A stretch of DNA of 64,000 nucleotides from Octopus sinensis (GCF_006345805.1 NC_043001.1:15500001-15564000), one strand, 5' to 3'. Counted from the first letter of the stretch, positions 39,044-52,964 are shown. Notes: generated by a model from the sequence alone, not told the origin. Translations and numbers: made by a program.

Positions 39044-39699
39044 ATTGTTAGGAATTGAATAACAAAAAAAAGTTGTTGAAATATTTTGAATGGTGAAGCA
39101 GCATAACCAAGTTATTGCAGATAAAGTTTAACTACAAAATCTTATACGGACCCGCAAAGGTCATGTAGACCCTCGTTGAGAAACACTGTCCTAACCCTTT
39201 CACCCCACCAATGTCAACGTTCTGGAGCTCTCGACCAACCTCCTTTTTTTATATATTTGGCTGTCGACATCGATTTACAGGATGTTCAAACCGTACATCA
39301 ACCACATCAATCTCACCGGTTTCGGGGGACTTGCAAAGGTCACAGAACACAGCTCCTTCCTGCTCACTAAAGCATTAAAAAAAATCAAAACAAAAAAACA
39401 ACAAAAAACCATGCGTGTGGATGTGCATGAGAGAGAAAGTGGGGGTGCGTGCGTGCGTACGTGCCACTCTAGATTACGGTATGCGCAGAATAAACCCGGC
39501 TGTCGAACTACGTGGAGTTCACCAGTTGTGAGGGCAACGTGTACCACTGAAGGACGCGAGCTGAAAACCATTTTCGACAGGAAGAAGCCGAATGTTATCA
39601 AAATATGTAAAGGCTTCATCGACCTAACGGCGTGACACCATTGCAGCGGTGGAGATGGCTCGAATGGCGGGGGCGGACATGCGTGGCATTTTTTGTAAC

Positions 39700-39895
39700 T
39701 GCATATGTATGTATGTATGTATGTATGTATTATATATATATGTATGTATTATATATATGTATGTATGTATGTATTATATATATATGTATGTATGTATTAT
39801 ATATGTATGTATGTATGTATATATGTATGTATGTATGTATGTATGTGTGTGTATGTATGTATGTATGTATGTATGTATGTATGTATGTATGTATA

Positions 39896-39926
<31 letters not shown>

Positions 39927-40259
39927 ATGCATGTGTATATGTATGTATGTATATATTTTGTATGTGCATCTGTAAGCTTGATTTTTGTGTGTCTATGAAA
40001 GTATGTGTGGGTATGTGTTTAAACATATACGTACTTCGTGTTTGTGTGTGTGTGTGTTCGTGCGTGTGTATGCATGCAAAATCCTTATATATTCGCACAC
40101 AGATTAATATATGTTACACGTCTGTCTATCTGTGTGTAATATATATATATATATATATATACATATATATGATATTTACATGCAAACATACATTGATATA
40201 TGTGTGCGTATACACACATACGAGCTGTTTGCACACACACACACACACACGCACGTACG

Positions 40260-40290
<31 letters not shown>

Positions 40291-40345
40291 GTACGCACAC
40301 ACAAACACACACACACACACGCACACACACAAACATATGTGAGTG
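39700..40345. repeat. (TATG)n/(TG)n/(CA)n microsatellite cluster
   Basis: Direct reading. Confidence 0.95.
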
Positions 40346-40715
40346 TGTGGAGGGAAAGAGAAGGTTTTGGTGAATGACGAAAGTTTTGTTATAATCAGTA
40401 CTCTCGGTGCAACAGATTGGAGATCTCTAGAGAATTACCCCTGGAGCAACATGTAACACACTACACATTCATCACACACAGTCACAAACACACACACACA
40501 CACACACGTTACGAATATAGACAGACGCACACACACACCATTACATATGTTGTATTCAAAGCACAACAGCGTTCTGGTTTTATCTTTTTATCAGGGTCTT
40601 TTTTTCCTTCATATTTTCACGCATTCTTTACAGTTTGTTTAGAAAAAATAAGTTCCTAACTCCTCAATTAGATGTTTTGTCGTTCGTAATCTTTCTTTGT
40701 GAATGAAGTTGTGTA

Positions 40716-41090
40716 GAGGCGCAATGGCCCAGTGGTTAGGGCAGCGGACTCGCGGTGTCGATTCCAAGACCGGGCGTTGTGAGTGTTTATTGAGCGAAAT
40801 CACCTAAAGCTCCTCGAGGCTCCGGCAGGGGATGGTGGTGATCCCTGCTGTACTCTTTCACCACAACTTTCTCTCACTCTTACTTTCTGTTTCTGTTGTA
40901 CCTGTATTTCAAAGGGCCGGCCTTGTCACTCTCTGTGTCACGCTGAATATCCCCGAGAACTACGTTAAGGGTACACGTGTCTGTGGAGTGCTCAGCCACT
41001 TACACGTTCATTTCACGAGCAGGCTGCTCCGTTGATCGGATCAACCAGAACCCTCATCGTCGTAACCGACGGAGTGCTTCCATCCATCCA
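40716..41090 (+). mobile_element. SINE family C with 13-bp TSD
   Basis: ttgtgaatgaagt at 40697-40709 and 41091-41103. Confidence 0.85.
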
Positions 41091-41421
41091 TTGTGAATGA
41101 AGTGATGTTAGCGTGTCATCGCCTCTTTATAGTAGGGAGAGTCAATGTGATCGGTGTAGGAGGTACCACCACTGGAATTTGGAACTTAGACTCTTTCTCT
41201 TTTCTCTTTTACTTGTTTCAGTCATTTGACTGCGGCCATGCTGGAGCACCGCCTTTAGTCGAGCAAATCGACCCCAGGACTTATTCCTTGTAAGCCTAGT
41301 ACTTATTCTATCGGTCCCCTTTTGCCGAATCGCTAAGTTACATGGACGAAAACACACCGGCATCGGTTGTCAAGCAATGTTAGAGGGACAAACACAGACA
41401 CACAAACATATACACACACAC

Positions 41422-41456
<35 letters not shown>

Positions 41457-41759
41457 TACGCACATATATATATGTGTTTCCGTCTACCAAATCCACTCAC
41501 AAGGCTTTGGGCGGCCCGAGGCTATAGTAGAAGACACTTGCCCAAGGTGCCCCGCAGTGGGACTGAACTCGGAATCATGCGCCAGGTGGTCATTGTCTGT
41601 GATTTGTGTATGTTTCTTTGTATATTCACTAGTATATCTAGGTAGGTGGAGGGGTCAGTCTCCCCCTGGCGGCACTTTTATGGGGGTGGAACCACTTTAG
41701 GGTCTACTGTAGGCAATATGTATTTTTTTGTCGAGGCCTGGGGCTAGCAAACTGAAGGG

Positions 41760-42450
41760 CACCTTGGACGGCATATACTCTAGCTACCCTAGAGAGTATA
41801 TTGCAGTATTGTGCAGTGTTCTAATATAGTTTTTTTTTATGATTAATCGATGGAGCTGTGCATGAATGTAGGGAGAATTCTGTGCAGTTATATCTCTTAA
41901 CTTACATAATTTTGCGCTGTGCATTACAATTTCTCGTTGTTGTAAGTGTATGGTAAGCTTTTGGGCGTGTGTCGTAGTTGTAAGACCAATGTAACAGTTA
42001 TAGTCACGAAGTTTACAACTTTTACGTTTACAATCTAATTTGTAAATCACATTAGTCATTAATAGATTGTTCACAGGCTTATGTCTTAAGTTAGTTTTTA
42101 CATAGTGATTTGGTATATTTTAGTACATAGTAACTTTTTTTCCCGTATAGAGATTTGGTGTAACGAATTTTATGTTGATTTATAAGGTTTTTGATAATGA
42201 GTTCATCTATTCTGTCGTTTGTATGTCTTTAAATGCTATAATACAATATAAGTGCGGTTAGAAGAGTATTTACATTCTTCTTCCCAAAGGAATCGTTAGA
42301 GTAATTTGCACTACTCGACAATGGCTCAGTCTGTTGTAACAAATAAACCTAGCAACAGAACGAAATAGGAGCCAATACACTGCCACAAATACATCGGACA
42401 CTACCAGTAAAACAAGACAAATCAAAAGAAACATAGATACACACGCATCC
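41760..42450 (-). pseudogene. PLE fragment: RT thumb-linker plus GIY-YIG endonuclease
   Basis: NVIYKLDC...CYIGLTTTT..QKLTIHLQQ (ORF 41784-42074) is a GIY-YIG signature; upstream NDRIDELIIKNLI in another frame. Confidence 0.8.
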
Positions 42451-43625
42451 GCTGTCTCATACGCATAAACATAGAAATGAGGAAAATATATATCGACACA
42501 CACACACACACACACACTATATGATGGGTCTTCCGTCGGTTTCTGCGAGGAACATTTTCATGTTCGATCACTTGTTTTACCTATTTCGTTATATTAACAA
42601 CTAAGTGGTTGAGTATACCACAGACATAAAATTAACATGATTATCCGAGTGAATGAGTCTGATACAATATGTGACGAATCTAAGCCTCTGAATTAATGAT
42701 GCAATCCATTCGGCGAACTTTCTGTTATTTATGTACAGTATATTACTGCTTTGGAAAGATAAGATCGGACAAGTGAGGCAAGTAGACTCATTTCGTCAAT
42801 TGCAAGTTGGCTGTCGAGATTGGAACTGTGTAAAAAGCGATGTTGTCTTGGCAGAAATAGCTAAACTTAATGTTGTACGCATTAAAAAGATTATGGTATT
42901 TGTGTATTAGTGGGGAGTAGAGCCTTGCAAAAGATAGGACATTCCAGGCTATATTAGTGACGACGTCTGTTATTGAAGAATTATTCTGGATTACATTTCT
43001 CTTAACTCAACCCTGATGTGAAGTGATAGGAGTGTTATCCTTATAAAGTAAGTTCTCTCTTGGAGGTTCTCCTGGCTTGTGCATCGTTATAGCAGGGACC
43101 TGCTTAATGAAACATTTTCTTCTTAGAACACAGTTTGCAAACTCCTATATATATCGCCTACAAAGTTTTGAATCACAGCTGGAAGTGATGGGAAAGGGTT
43201 TAAGAATAACTGTAGACTTTACTTTCAGTAAAGTTCAAGATATTGAAATATCTGGCGACATCTCGCATTAGAAAATCTAAAATGATGTTAACTGTCGTTA
43301 CAGGAGGACTTTTCTCCTGGAAAATTTCCAGCCGACTGAGCAGATGTTTATAATTAATAAAATGAACCCCTGTTCTGCAATGGATTCATAAAATTACATC
43401 GAAAACACCTCTGAGATTAGAACATAGGGAAAAAACGCTGGCTAGTTAATCCACTATTCAGGTTAATCATCATTCTTCTTCAGGCAACCGCAACCGAGAT
43501 AGTCTCAATACACTTCCAGAAATCCCTGAGTTCCATGAATTTCGGCAGGATTTCAGTCTCCCTACATCAATGAAGTTGCGTAATTTTCGTCGTCTATTTT
43601 CGTCGCAGATGTATCGAAAAATATA

Positions 43626-44017
43626 TGGATAGATGGAAGCACTCCGTCGGTTACGACGACGATGGTTCCGGTTGATCCGAATCAACGGAACAGCCTGCTC
43701 GTGAAATTAACGTGTAAGTGGCTGAGCACTCCACAGACACGTGTACCCTTAACGTAGTTCTCGGGGATATTCAGCGTGACACAGAGAGTGACAAGGCCGG
43801 CCCTTTGAAATACAGGTACAACAGAAACAGGAGGTAAGAGTGAGAGAAAGTTGTGGTGAAAGAGTACAGCAGGGATCACCGCCATCCCCTGCCGGAGCCT
43901 CGTGGAGCTTTTAGGTGTTTTCGCTCAATAAACACTCACAACGCCCGGTCTGGGAATCGAAACCGCGATCCTATGACCGCGAGTCCGCTGCCCTAACCAC
44001 TGGGCCATTGCGCCTCC
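43626..44017 (-). mobile_element. SINE family C, full length, 13-bp TSD
   Basis: atcgaaaaatata at 43613-43625 and 44018-44030. Confidence 0.9.
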
Positions 44018-44544
44018 ATCGAAAAATATAACATCTGATGTGGCCTGCTGTTCAGAATGAGAGCGATGATCAACAAAGTATTCTCTTCTATGTTGCGCAA
44101 TAATGGAAGAAATGATGGAATGTCTATAAATTTCCTCTTTGGTTTTTCGTAAAGATGAAAGCCATTCCCCAAATGTTCCAACGATGGCAACACATTTCAA
44201 GGAGGTCGGTGATTTCAAGAATAATTGGCTCCTATTTTGCAGGCAATAAAAACATTTTTTTACATGCAAGGGAGTAGCCTGGAATGCCTGCAACAAGGTT
44301 CAAAACATTTAGCAGTCGAGGGCCTATTTCTCTTTCTCTTTTCTCTCTTTTACTTGTTTCAGTCATTTGACTGTGGCCATGCTGGTGTACCGCCTTTAGT
44401 CGAGCAAATCGACCCCCAGGACTTATTCTTTGTAAGCCTATTACTTATTCTATCGGTCTCTTTTTGCCGAATCGCTAAGTTAGCGGAACGTAAGCACACC
44501 AGCATCGATTATCAAGCGATATTTGGGGGATAAACAGACACACA

Positions 44545-44588
<44 letters not shown>

Positions 44589-44981
44589 CATATATACGAC
44601 GGGCTTCTTTCAGTTTCCGTCTACCAAATCCACTCACAAGGCTTTGGTCGACCCGAGGCTATAGAAGAAAACACTTGCCCAAGGTGCCACACAGTGGGAC
44701 TGAACCCGGAACCATGTGGTTCGTAAGCAAGCTACTTACCACACAGCCACTCCTACGCCTATGTAATGAGTAGTTGATTCTTCTCTGCGGAGTCAAAACC
44801 TGAACTATGAAATAAGTACCGTCAAGATCGTCTTGGTGATACTTAGACCATTCTTTGTAAGCCTAATACTTATTCTATCGGTCCCTTTTGCCGAACCGCT
44901 ATGTTACGGGGACGTAAACACACCAGCATCGGTTGTCAAGCGATGTTGGGGGGGGAGACAAAAATAGACACACAAACATAC

Positions 44982-45034
<53 letters not shown>

Positions 45035-46309
45035 CGATGAGCTTCTTTCAGTTTCTGTCAACCAAATCCTCTCACAAGGCTTTGGTCGACCCGAGGCTAT
45101 AGTGGACGACATTTGCCCAAGGTGCCACGCAGTGGGACTGAACCCGGAACCATGTGGTTGGTAAGCAAGCTACTTACCACACATCCACTCCTACGCCTAT
45201 AAATATAGAACTAAATTAAGTACCAGTCGTGTACTGGGTCGATCTAATCAACTGGACCCCTCCCCCAAAATTTCGGGCCTTGTGCCTAAAGAAGAAGATT
45301 AGCAAATCGAGCAAATAAAGAAGCTTTAACACGTTTTATTTTCTACTAATATGATGTATCTAGAACTTATATCCATTTTTAGGACGTGATTTTAAGAAAA
45401 CTTAGCTGCTATTTCTAGTAGATGATACCACCACATAAAGATTCCCCGTTGATTCATTAATTTGTTGAAAGCAGAGATGAACTGACTCTGCTAGACAAAA
45501 GTGTTTCTTACAGCATCTGGCTAAGAAATAAAGAAAAAAAGTTCGAAAGATGCGAAGGACAGAAAACTCGCCGACAAAATCAGATGCAGATGTCACAGCA
45601 GCCATTAGTCACTTGCCGTAGCGCTGTTTATTGCAGCTGAAACTACATAAGTCGTACGATAAACTCGTATGCTCACCATGTGATTGCTCGGTGCCAACTA
45701 GGTCAAAGCACCCTCGTTCCCAACAGATGTCTCCAGCTGATCAACGAAGACAAAAAAAAAGAAAGCTAACCAAATGAAGTAGATTTTCTACAGAATTAAA
45801 GAATCGGCCAGCTTCCATTTTCTAAACTCGTCGTTTTGTGAGTTGTATTTCACATATGTTCTTACACTCGCAATATCGTGGTTGGTTTGGCTCAGTGTAA
45901 AACCTCCTGGTGTTAAAGGTAAAAAAAAAGTGCTGGTGTTCTGTCGGTTACGTCGATGAGGGTTCCGTTGATTCGATCGACGGAACTGCCTGCTCGTGAA
46001 ATTAACGTGCAAGTGGCTGAGCACTCCACAGACACGCGTACCCTTCACATATTTCTCAAGGAGATTCAGCGTGATACAGAATGTAACAGGGTGGGCCCTT
46101 TGAAATACAGGTACTACTCATTTTTGCCAAGCTGAGTAGACTGGAGCAACGGTGAAATAAAGTATCTTGCTCAAGGACACAACGCACACCACCAAGAATC
46201 GAACTCACGACCTTACGATTCTGACCTGAATGCCCAAACCATTAAGCCACGCGCCTACACACGGGGTTAAAGAAGCGAGAAATAGAATGTTAATAACAAT
46301 GTTAGAAAT

Positions 46310-46730
46310 AAGGTAGCGAGCTGACAGAACCGTTAGCACGCCAGGCGAAATGCATAGCCGTATTTTGTCTGCCTCTACCTTCTGAGTTCAAATTCCGCCG
46401 AGGTTGACTTTATCTTTCATCCTTTCGGGGTCGATTAAATATGTACCAGTTACACACTGGGGTCGATATAATCGACTTAATCCCTTTGTCCTTGTTTGTC
46501 CTCTCTGTGTTTAGCCCTTTGTGGGTAGTAAAGAAATAGGCATTTCGTCTGCCGTTACGTTCTGAGTTCCAATTCCGCCGAGGTCAACTTTGCCTTTCAC
46601 CCTTTTGGGGTCGATAAATTAAGTACCAGTTATACACTGGGGTCGATGTAATCGACTTAATCCGTTTGTCTGTCCTTGTTTGGTTCCCTCTATGTTTAGC
46701 CCCTTGAGGGTAATAAAGAAATAAGAAACA
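46310..46730 (+). mobile_element. SINE family B, head plus two bodies
   Basis: aaataggcatttcgtctg junction at about 46533-46550. Confidence 0.85.
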
Positions 46731-47728
46731 ACTGTAAGCTAATGAAGTTGATGATGTAATTCCTGTTCCTTTGTCTTTCTTATATATATATATATATATA
46801 AACACACAACAATTATAAATATTATCAACAAATTATACTTTTGTGAACCTTTGGCTCAACTTTATCATTGTATCCATAACAAATCCAGCTTTTGGGGTAA
46901 AAGAAAAAACTATTTTTCTTTGTACAATAAATATGTACTTATTTTCTGTTAATGATTAATTCTTGTCTGGCAAAACTACATTGCTTTCCTTAGACCGCAT
47001 GGAGGTAATTTGTTGGAGATTTGACTATTTCTAGAAATTTTGATGACCCCCACCTCTCACTGGCCCTTTGTCAGTTCGTCTGTAGCTAGTAAATCCAACA
47101 GTTTATGGATTAATCCAATAATTGTCACCAACCTAGTATTTGACATTGTCATATTGTATGCTATGTCTAGGATGCTTGTATATTTTGCCAAAGTAAAATT
47201 TTTTCTCAAAATGCATGCTTTGCAGTCTGTAAAAATCTGAATTTGAATTTTCTTTATTTTTTATTTTTGAAGTGAGCTGTTTTACAGTAACAGAGAGAGG
47301 ACGAGATGTCAATAACAGAAATGAAATTAAAAAACACTGTAAACACACGAGGGTTGTGAATAAACACTTGCAGGAAAGATTAAAGAATGTGTATTTTTCT
47401 TTCTTTCTTTGGCGATTAAGTGGCCGACATCAGAACAAAATCGCTGAGAAGGATGTCGGTCCGTTACAGGGTTCTAGGTCAAGAATGCTGACGGGAGGGG
47501 GAACAAGTCGATTAAATCGGCCCCCATTACTTGAGCAATACTTTATTTTATCGACTCCGAAGGGATGAAAGCCAACGTTGACCTCAGTGGGTTTTGAACT
47601 CAACATGAACAGCCGGAAGAAATACTCCTAAGTATTTTGTTCGACGTGCTAATGAATCCGCCAGCTCATCGCCATATGTGTTGAGTGGTGGGCGTGAAAT
47701 AAATTCAAATATGAATCAGAAGCAGCGA

Positions 47729-47895
47729 CCACACATAATGTATGTGCTTCGCTTGTTCGTCGGTAGGCTGCGGTTTAGCGCGGTGGAGATGACTCCCTCA
47801 GCGTGTCCGGTGGGGATATGACTTGAGGGAGTCATCTACACAGCGCTAATTTGCAGCCTATCGGCGAACAAGCAGAGCGCATGCTTTATGTGTGG
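47729..47895 (+). other. GC-rich long hairpin
   Basis: Arms 47751-47800 and 47824-47873 plus outer ccacacataa / ttatgtgtgg; perfect 14-bp inner stem. Confidence 0.8.
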
Positions 47896-48820
47896 CCAAT
47901 TATTGCCCCAGTATAGCAACAACTTAAGGGCTGAAAAATGTAAAAGAATATACATATATGGGGGGGTTAGAGAAATAGTCTCACCCTGAGCTGGGGATGA
48001 TATGAGCGTTAAACTGAATAGTTTAATTTTTAAGCTGCTTAGTATGGACTTAATGGTATAATTATTTGATAAAGATGTACGTAAAATGGTTACAGGTACG
48101 GCAGTGGGGCTAAGAAAGCCGAGTTATCGTGTTTCGGTTCCACTGCACGGCACCTTGAGACAATGTCTTTTTCTACATGCTCAAACAGACCAATGCCTTG
48201 TGAGTGAAACTGAGGGAACGCATGGTGTGTTTGTGTGTGTTTGCCTCTCACCGCTTGACAAGCGATATTAACCAGTCTCCGTTGCTCAACGATTCGGCAA
48301 AAAGAGACCGGTAAAGTAAGTAGCAGTAGTGGTGGAGAGGTTGGTTCGCCCCGGACATCACTTTTATAAGTGTGACATTTTTAGGTTTACTGTAAAAGTT
48401 TGAATAGGCTTGGGAGTCTGGAGGACGGAGAGGCAAATCTAAGGGTGTTCTGGGCCCTTAATCACAAAAGACCTAGCCATATTCAAGACGCTGATGATCT
48501 CCAAATCATTGCGGCTGGAAGCTAAAACCTCGAGTACGGGCTAAGGTAAAACGTGACCCCCTAACGTGCAACATCGTCTTGGATTGGTTACCTCCCAGTT
48601 GTGACCCGCTAAAATTGGGTTCACAAATACCCTACCTATTTCTATACACATGTTCGAAACGTCGGTGTTGAGAGTTCGTATACATCTGGTGTCGATTTTG
48701 CCTCTTATTCTCATGCTGCTTAGCATGTGGTTGTGTGCACGCGCGTACGTATATATGCGTGCTCGTGCCTCGTGTGTATCTGTGTGTGCGCGTATATGTG
48801 TGTGTACGTGTATGTATATA

Positions 48821-49590
48821 TTGGGTTGTCCGGAAAGTTCGTGCCAATTTTTAAAGGAAAGATAAGAGAAGGAAGGAGAGAAGGAAGGAGATAAGGAAGG
48901 AGAAAACTTGACAGGAGGAAGGAGAGAAAAATCTTCCCGTTTTACATGAAACCTTAATTTTTACCGATACAGATCGCTGCTGCATTTTTTTTTCCAGACG
49001 GTTTTCTATTTGCTCTATCACTTAATATATCTTGGGTTGTCCGGAAAGTTCGTGCCGATTTTTAAAGGAAAGAAAAAGGTCAATAAATACTTGCCATTAT
49101 ATTTTTAATCAACCAAATATCAACCATTTTGTTGCACAATGCATCTCCATCTTTCCTTTAACTTGAAAATACCCTCTTCCCAGAATTGAGGTAGTTTCAT
49201 GGCAAAGAATTCATCAAGGTATCTTTTTATGTCATCCAAGGAATTGAAATTTTTACCATTCTGCAGAGACCTGAATAAGTGGAAATCCGAAGGAGCAATA
49301 CCTGGTGAATATGGAGAGTGGGGTAACACATCTCAGCCGAGCTGCAGCAATTTTTGTGTGGTTCCCAAAGCATCAAGTGCCGAAAATGAACTTTCCTATC
49401 TTCCATTTTAAAGGGTTACAGAAATTAACACAGGTTATAGGAACATAAAAACTTCTTTCAGGAAAAGATAGCTTAAACTTTGCTCTAAATGGAGGTGTAG
49501 TCATATCCTATTTTATGGACTCAACCATGTTCTAGAATAAGTCGAAAGGTAAGCTACTATAAATCGGCACGAACTTTCCGGACAACCCAA
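48821..49590 (-). mobile_element. Internally deleted mariner (DD34D-type) element with a duplicated end
   Basis: 30-bp TIRs at 49032-49061 and 49561-49590, extra TIR at 48821-48850; TA at 48819-20 and 49591-92; MEDRKVHFRHLMLWE (ATG at 49406) fused to TQKLLQLG*DVLPHSPYSPGIAPSDFHLFRSLQ...GIFKLKERW. Confidence 0.92.
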
Positions 49591-49994
49591 TATATTGGTG
49601 TACGTCTGTGCACACACACACACACACACACAGAAGGTGGAGAGATTAACAATGTGGCACTGAAGATTCCTTCTAGTATATTCAATTGAAATTCATCTTG
49701 TATATATATATATATATATATATACCGGAGTAAACACATAAATGTGAAACAAGGTGGAAAAAAGAGTACTCAAATACCAGAGGTAGAGTAATATGCTTTA
49801 AATAAAGTATATATATATATATATATATATATTCAAAAGAAATCATCATAACCAGTGCGTATATGCATGCTTGCGTGTGTGTATATACGTGCGTGCATAA
49901 GTGTATATTTGTAGGAGTGTATTCATATGTGTGTATGCGTGTGTATAAGGCTGCACCGTGTGCCTCGCGAGATAAATTTGTGAAGCGAATCATA

Positions 49995-50200
49995 CGTTGG
50001 AGAGAGAAGAGCTGGCATCATTAGAGAACTGGCATCCCATTAAGGCAGAAAAATATGGAGAAAACGTCACCCAGGCACGTCTGAGAGGAACGAGAAATGT
50101 CACAAAAATGTCTCCAGATGTCTGCATCAGGGCTAAACTACAGATAGTAGCCAGATAAGATGGAGGGTGGGAGCGAGGGGGTGATGCTGATGTTTGCATC
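49995..50200 (+). pseudogene. Possible decayed RTE-like LINE C-terminal region
   Basis: TQARLRGTRNVTKMSPDVCIRAKLQI loosely resembles the RTE RRLRWYGHV.RM...C.R motif. Confidence 0.25.
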
Positions 50201-50527
50201 TTATCAAACTACAACCAAACAACCTAACTTACATTCATAATATGTTCGACAAAGATAACCCTCTCTTAAACACACATTCACTTCAGCGCCACCATCGACA
50301 ACACTAGCCAGAGCTTACGTCAAAATATGTATATATGCATGCGTAACATTACTGTACAACATACGCATGTACTAGACGTATATATATATACACACAGAAC
50401 GTAAGGAAAAGATGATCGAGAAATATTTTAATCTCTTATATTCTTAAGGTAGCTGCAAGAAATTTACGAGATTTCTGGCTAGCTATTAATTACTCGCCCC
50501 TCCATTTACACATACACACACACACAC

Positions 50528-50544
50528 AATGCAATATTCACACG

Positions 50545-50576
<32 letters not shown>

Positions 50577-50670
50577 CTATGGCGTATATGAGTATGTAAA
50601 TGTATGTATACGCATATCTGCAAATACATGCCATTTTACACACACATATAATGCAGTAATCACACGGTGT

Positions 50671-50715
<45 letters not shown>

Positions 50716-51100
50716 TGTGTGTGTGCACGGGGGATGATGGCGTATATGAGTATATAGATGTGTGTATACGCATATCTGCTAATACATGCCATTTAACACA
50801 CACATATAATGCAGTAATCACACGGTGTGTGTATATGTGTGTGAGTGTCTGTGTGTGTGTATGTGTGTGTGTGTGTGTGCACGGGAGATTATGGCGTATA
50901 TGAGTATATAGATGTGTGTATATGCATATCTGCTAATACATGCCATTTTACACACACATATAATGCGGTAATCGCACGGCGTGTGTATATGTGTCTGTGC
51001 GTGTGTGTGTCTATGTGCTCGGGAGACTATGGCGTATATGAGTATATAAATGTGTGTATATGCATATCTGCTAACATATGCCATTTCACACACACACACA
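50528..51100. repeat. Minisatellite, 4 units of about 120-160 bp with variable internal (GT)n
   Basis: Unit starts aatgcagtaatcacacgg at 50528, 50650, 50808 and 50962. Confidence 0.9.
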
Positions 51101-52860
51101 CACACACACATTATATATATTATATATCATTAAAGTTTACACTGAGGACATTCCTTTCATCAGCCGGCGACGGGATATCACAACGATTTCGTTACCGTCT
51201 GACAGTATCATTCTCTCCTGCAGAGCGGGGAAGAGCTAATGGTACCAGGGAATGTCAGGGTTCTTTAGTCCCACACTAGTAACACACGTTTTACATTCCA
51301 CCATCCTTGCAACAATCATCCCAAATCAAGGGCCAGTGTAACACCTCCATCCATTTTACGACTCGCTAGTGATTCGGTTTTACTCCCAGCTTTGAGGGTT
51401 TTTTTCTAATACAAATTTATATTTGCTGCAATCAATTAAGACCACTGTCCTTCTGCTTTCTATTCTTTTCAAAAACACCTAACAAATATGAAAAGATACT
51501 GGAATCAAGATAATTTAGCTGACACTGGATTAAACTTGTAATTTCAAAAAGCGTTTATACTGCTACATCTGTAGAAAGTAGCGCAACGAAATATATGAGA
51601 GATAAAAGAAAAATAAGGAAGGCTATCTCGCAGTGGATTAAAACTTTTCAGTATCGAAATCTTCAATAATAAAAGAAGTTTAAAAACCACATTTTGATAA
51701 CAATCCTGTCATCTCATCTCTACTGGAAGCACCACCCTACACTGCCATTCTCAGGTTTTATCCTACCTGTTCTTGTGCCCACTTAATTTTACCGTAATAA
51801 GGCAACGTCCACTCAACAATGAGGATATTTTTGTAAAAGTCCGACTATAAGGTCCGAGAGTTGCTTCGATATTGCATCTTTCAGCAATTAACTGGGCCTA
51901 AGACTAAAGACATTCCAAAGGGTATCTAAGAATACATTATCCGATGTGTCCTTCTTTCTTAAAGATGGTAGGGTGTGATTTGAGGAAAATTTGGTCGCTA
52001 GATACTTTTAGCAGCAATTCCTCATCGTGGCGCTCCGTCGGTTACGACGACGCGGGTTCCAGTTGATCCGATCAGCGGAACAGCCTGCTCGTGAAGTTAA
52101 TGTTCAAGTGGCTGAGCACGCCACAGACACGTGTACCCTTAACGTAGTTCTTGGGGAGATTCAGCGTGACACAGAGTACGACAAGGCTGGCCCTTTGAAA
52201 TACAAGTACAACAGAAACAGGAAGAAAGAGCGGTGAAAGAGTAGAGCAGGGTTCGCCACCTCTCCTGTCGGGGCCTCTGAAGCTTTAGGTGTTTTCGCTC
52301 AATAAACAAACAAACACAACACCCGGTCTGGGAATCGAAACAGCGATCCTATGACCGCGAGTCCGCTGTTCTAACCACTGAGCCATTGCGCCTCCATAGC
52401 AAACATATTACTACTATTAGTTGCAATATAAGTTATTTTATGAGGCTGTTTTAGCTAATGTAATTATCCTTTCTATAATTAGATTGGGGTCACGCAGTAC
52501 ATTTATATCTGATTTTATTGGATGTGATACGAGTTTGTTTCGGTATTGTTCTACAGCTTGTTCAACCAAATTGTTCGTGTTGCCATTGTTGACTGTCGTT
52601 TAATTCGTTTGATTGCTTTGCGTTATTGTTTCTTTATCTTTTATTTGTTTCAGTCATTAGATTCTGGCCATGCTGGAGCACCTTTTTGAACAATTTTTTT
52701 TATTGTTTTAGTCGAATGAATTGATTTCGATACTTATTTTTTTTTAAAGCCTGGTACTTATTCTGCCGAGCCGCAAAGACACGGGGACGTCAACACACCA
52801 TCACCGAGTATAAATTGGTCGTGGGGTGGGGTCAAACACGTGTGTGTGTGGTGTGTGTGA

Positions 52861-52964
<104 letters not shown>

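Noticed and set aside
39460-39690. CpG-rich non-repetitive stretch at the end of a 117-aa ORF
   Set aside because: No recognisable homology; the ORF crosses simple repeats and a poly-A run.
43993-44296. Open minus frame with faint BEL/Pao-like wording; plus frames faintly piggyBac-like
   Set aside because: The resemblances conflict and no diagnostic motif is intact.
47057-47226. Minus-strand acceptor plus 55-codon open frame; similar exon-like candidates at 14219-14336, 15156-15274, 19939-19978, 31234-31344, 37814-37885 and 45788-45895
   Set aside because: AG/GT signals are frequent in AT-rich DNA; no recognisable domains and no consistent chain of strand and phase. RNA-seq would be needed.
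50528-51100. Repeat-spacer periodicity suggestive of CRISPR (also SINE B arrays and 56897-57308)
   Set aside because: Eukaryotic context, units over 100 bp, no unique spacers, no cas genes.
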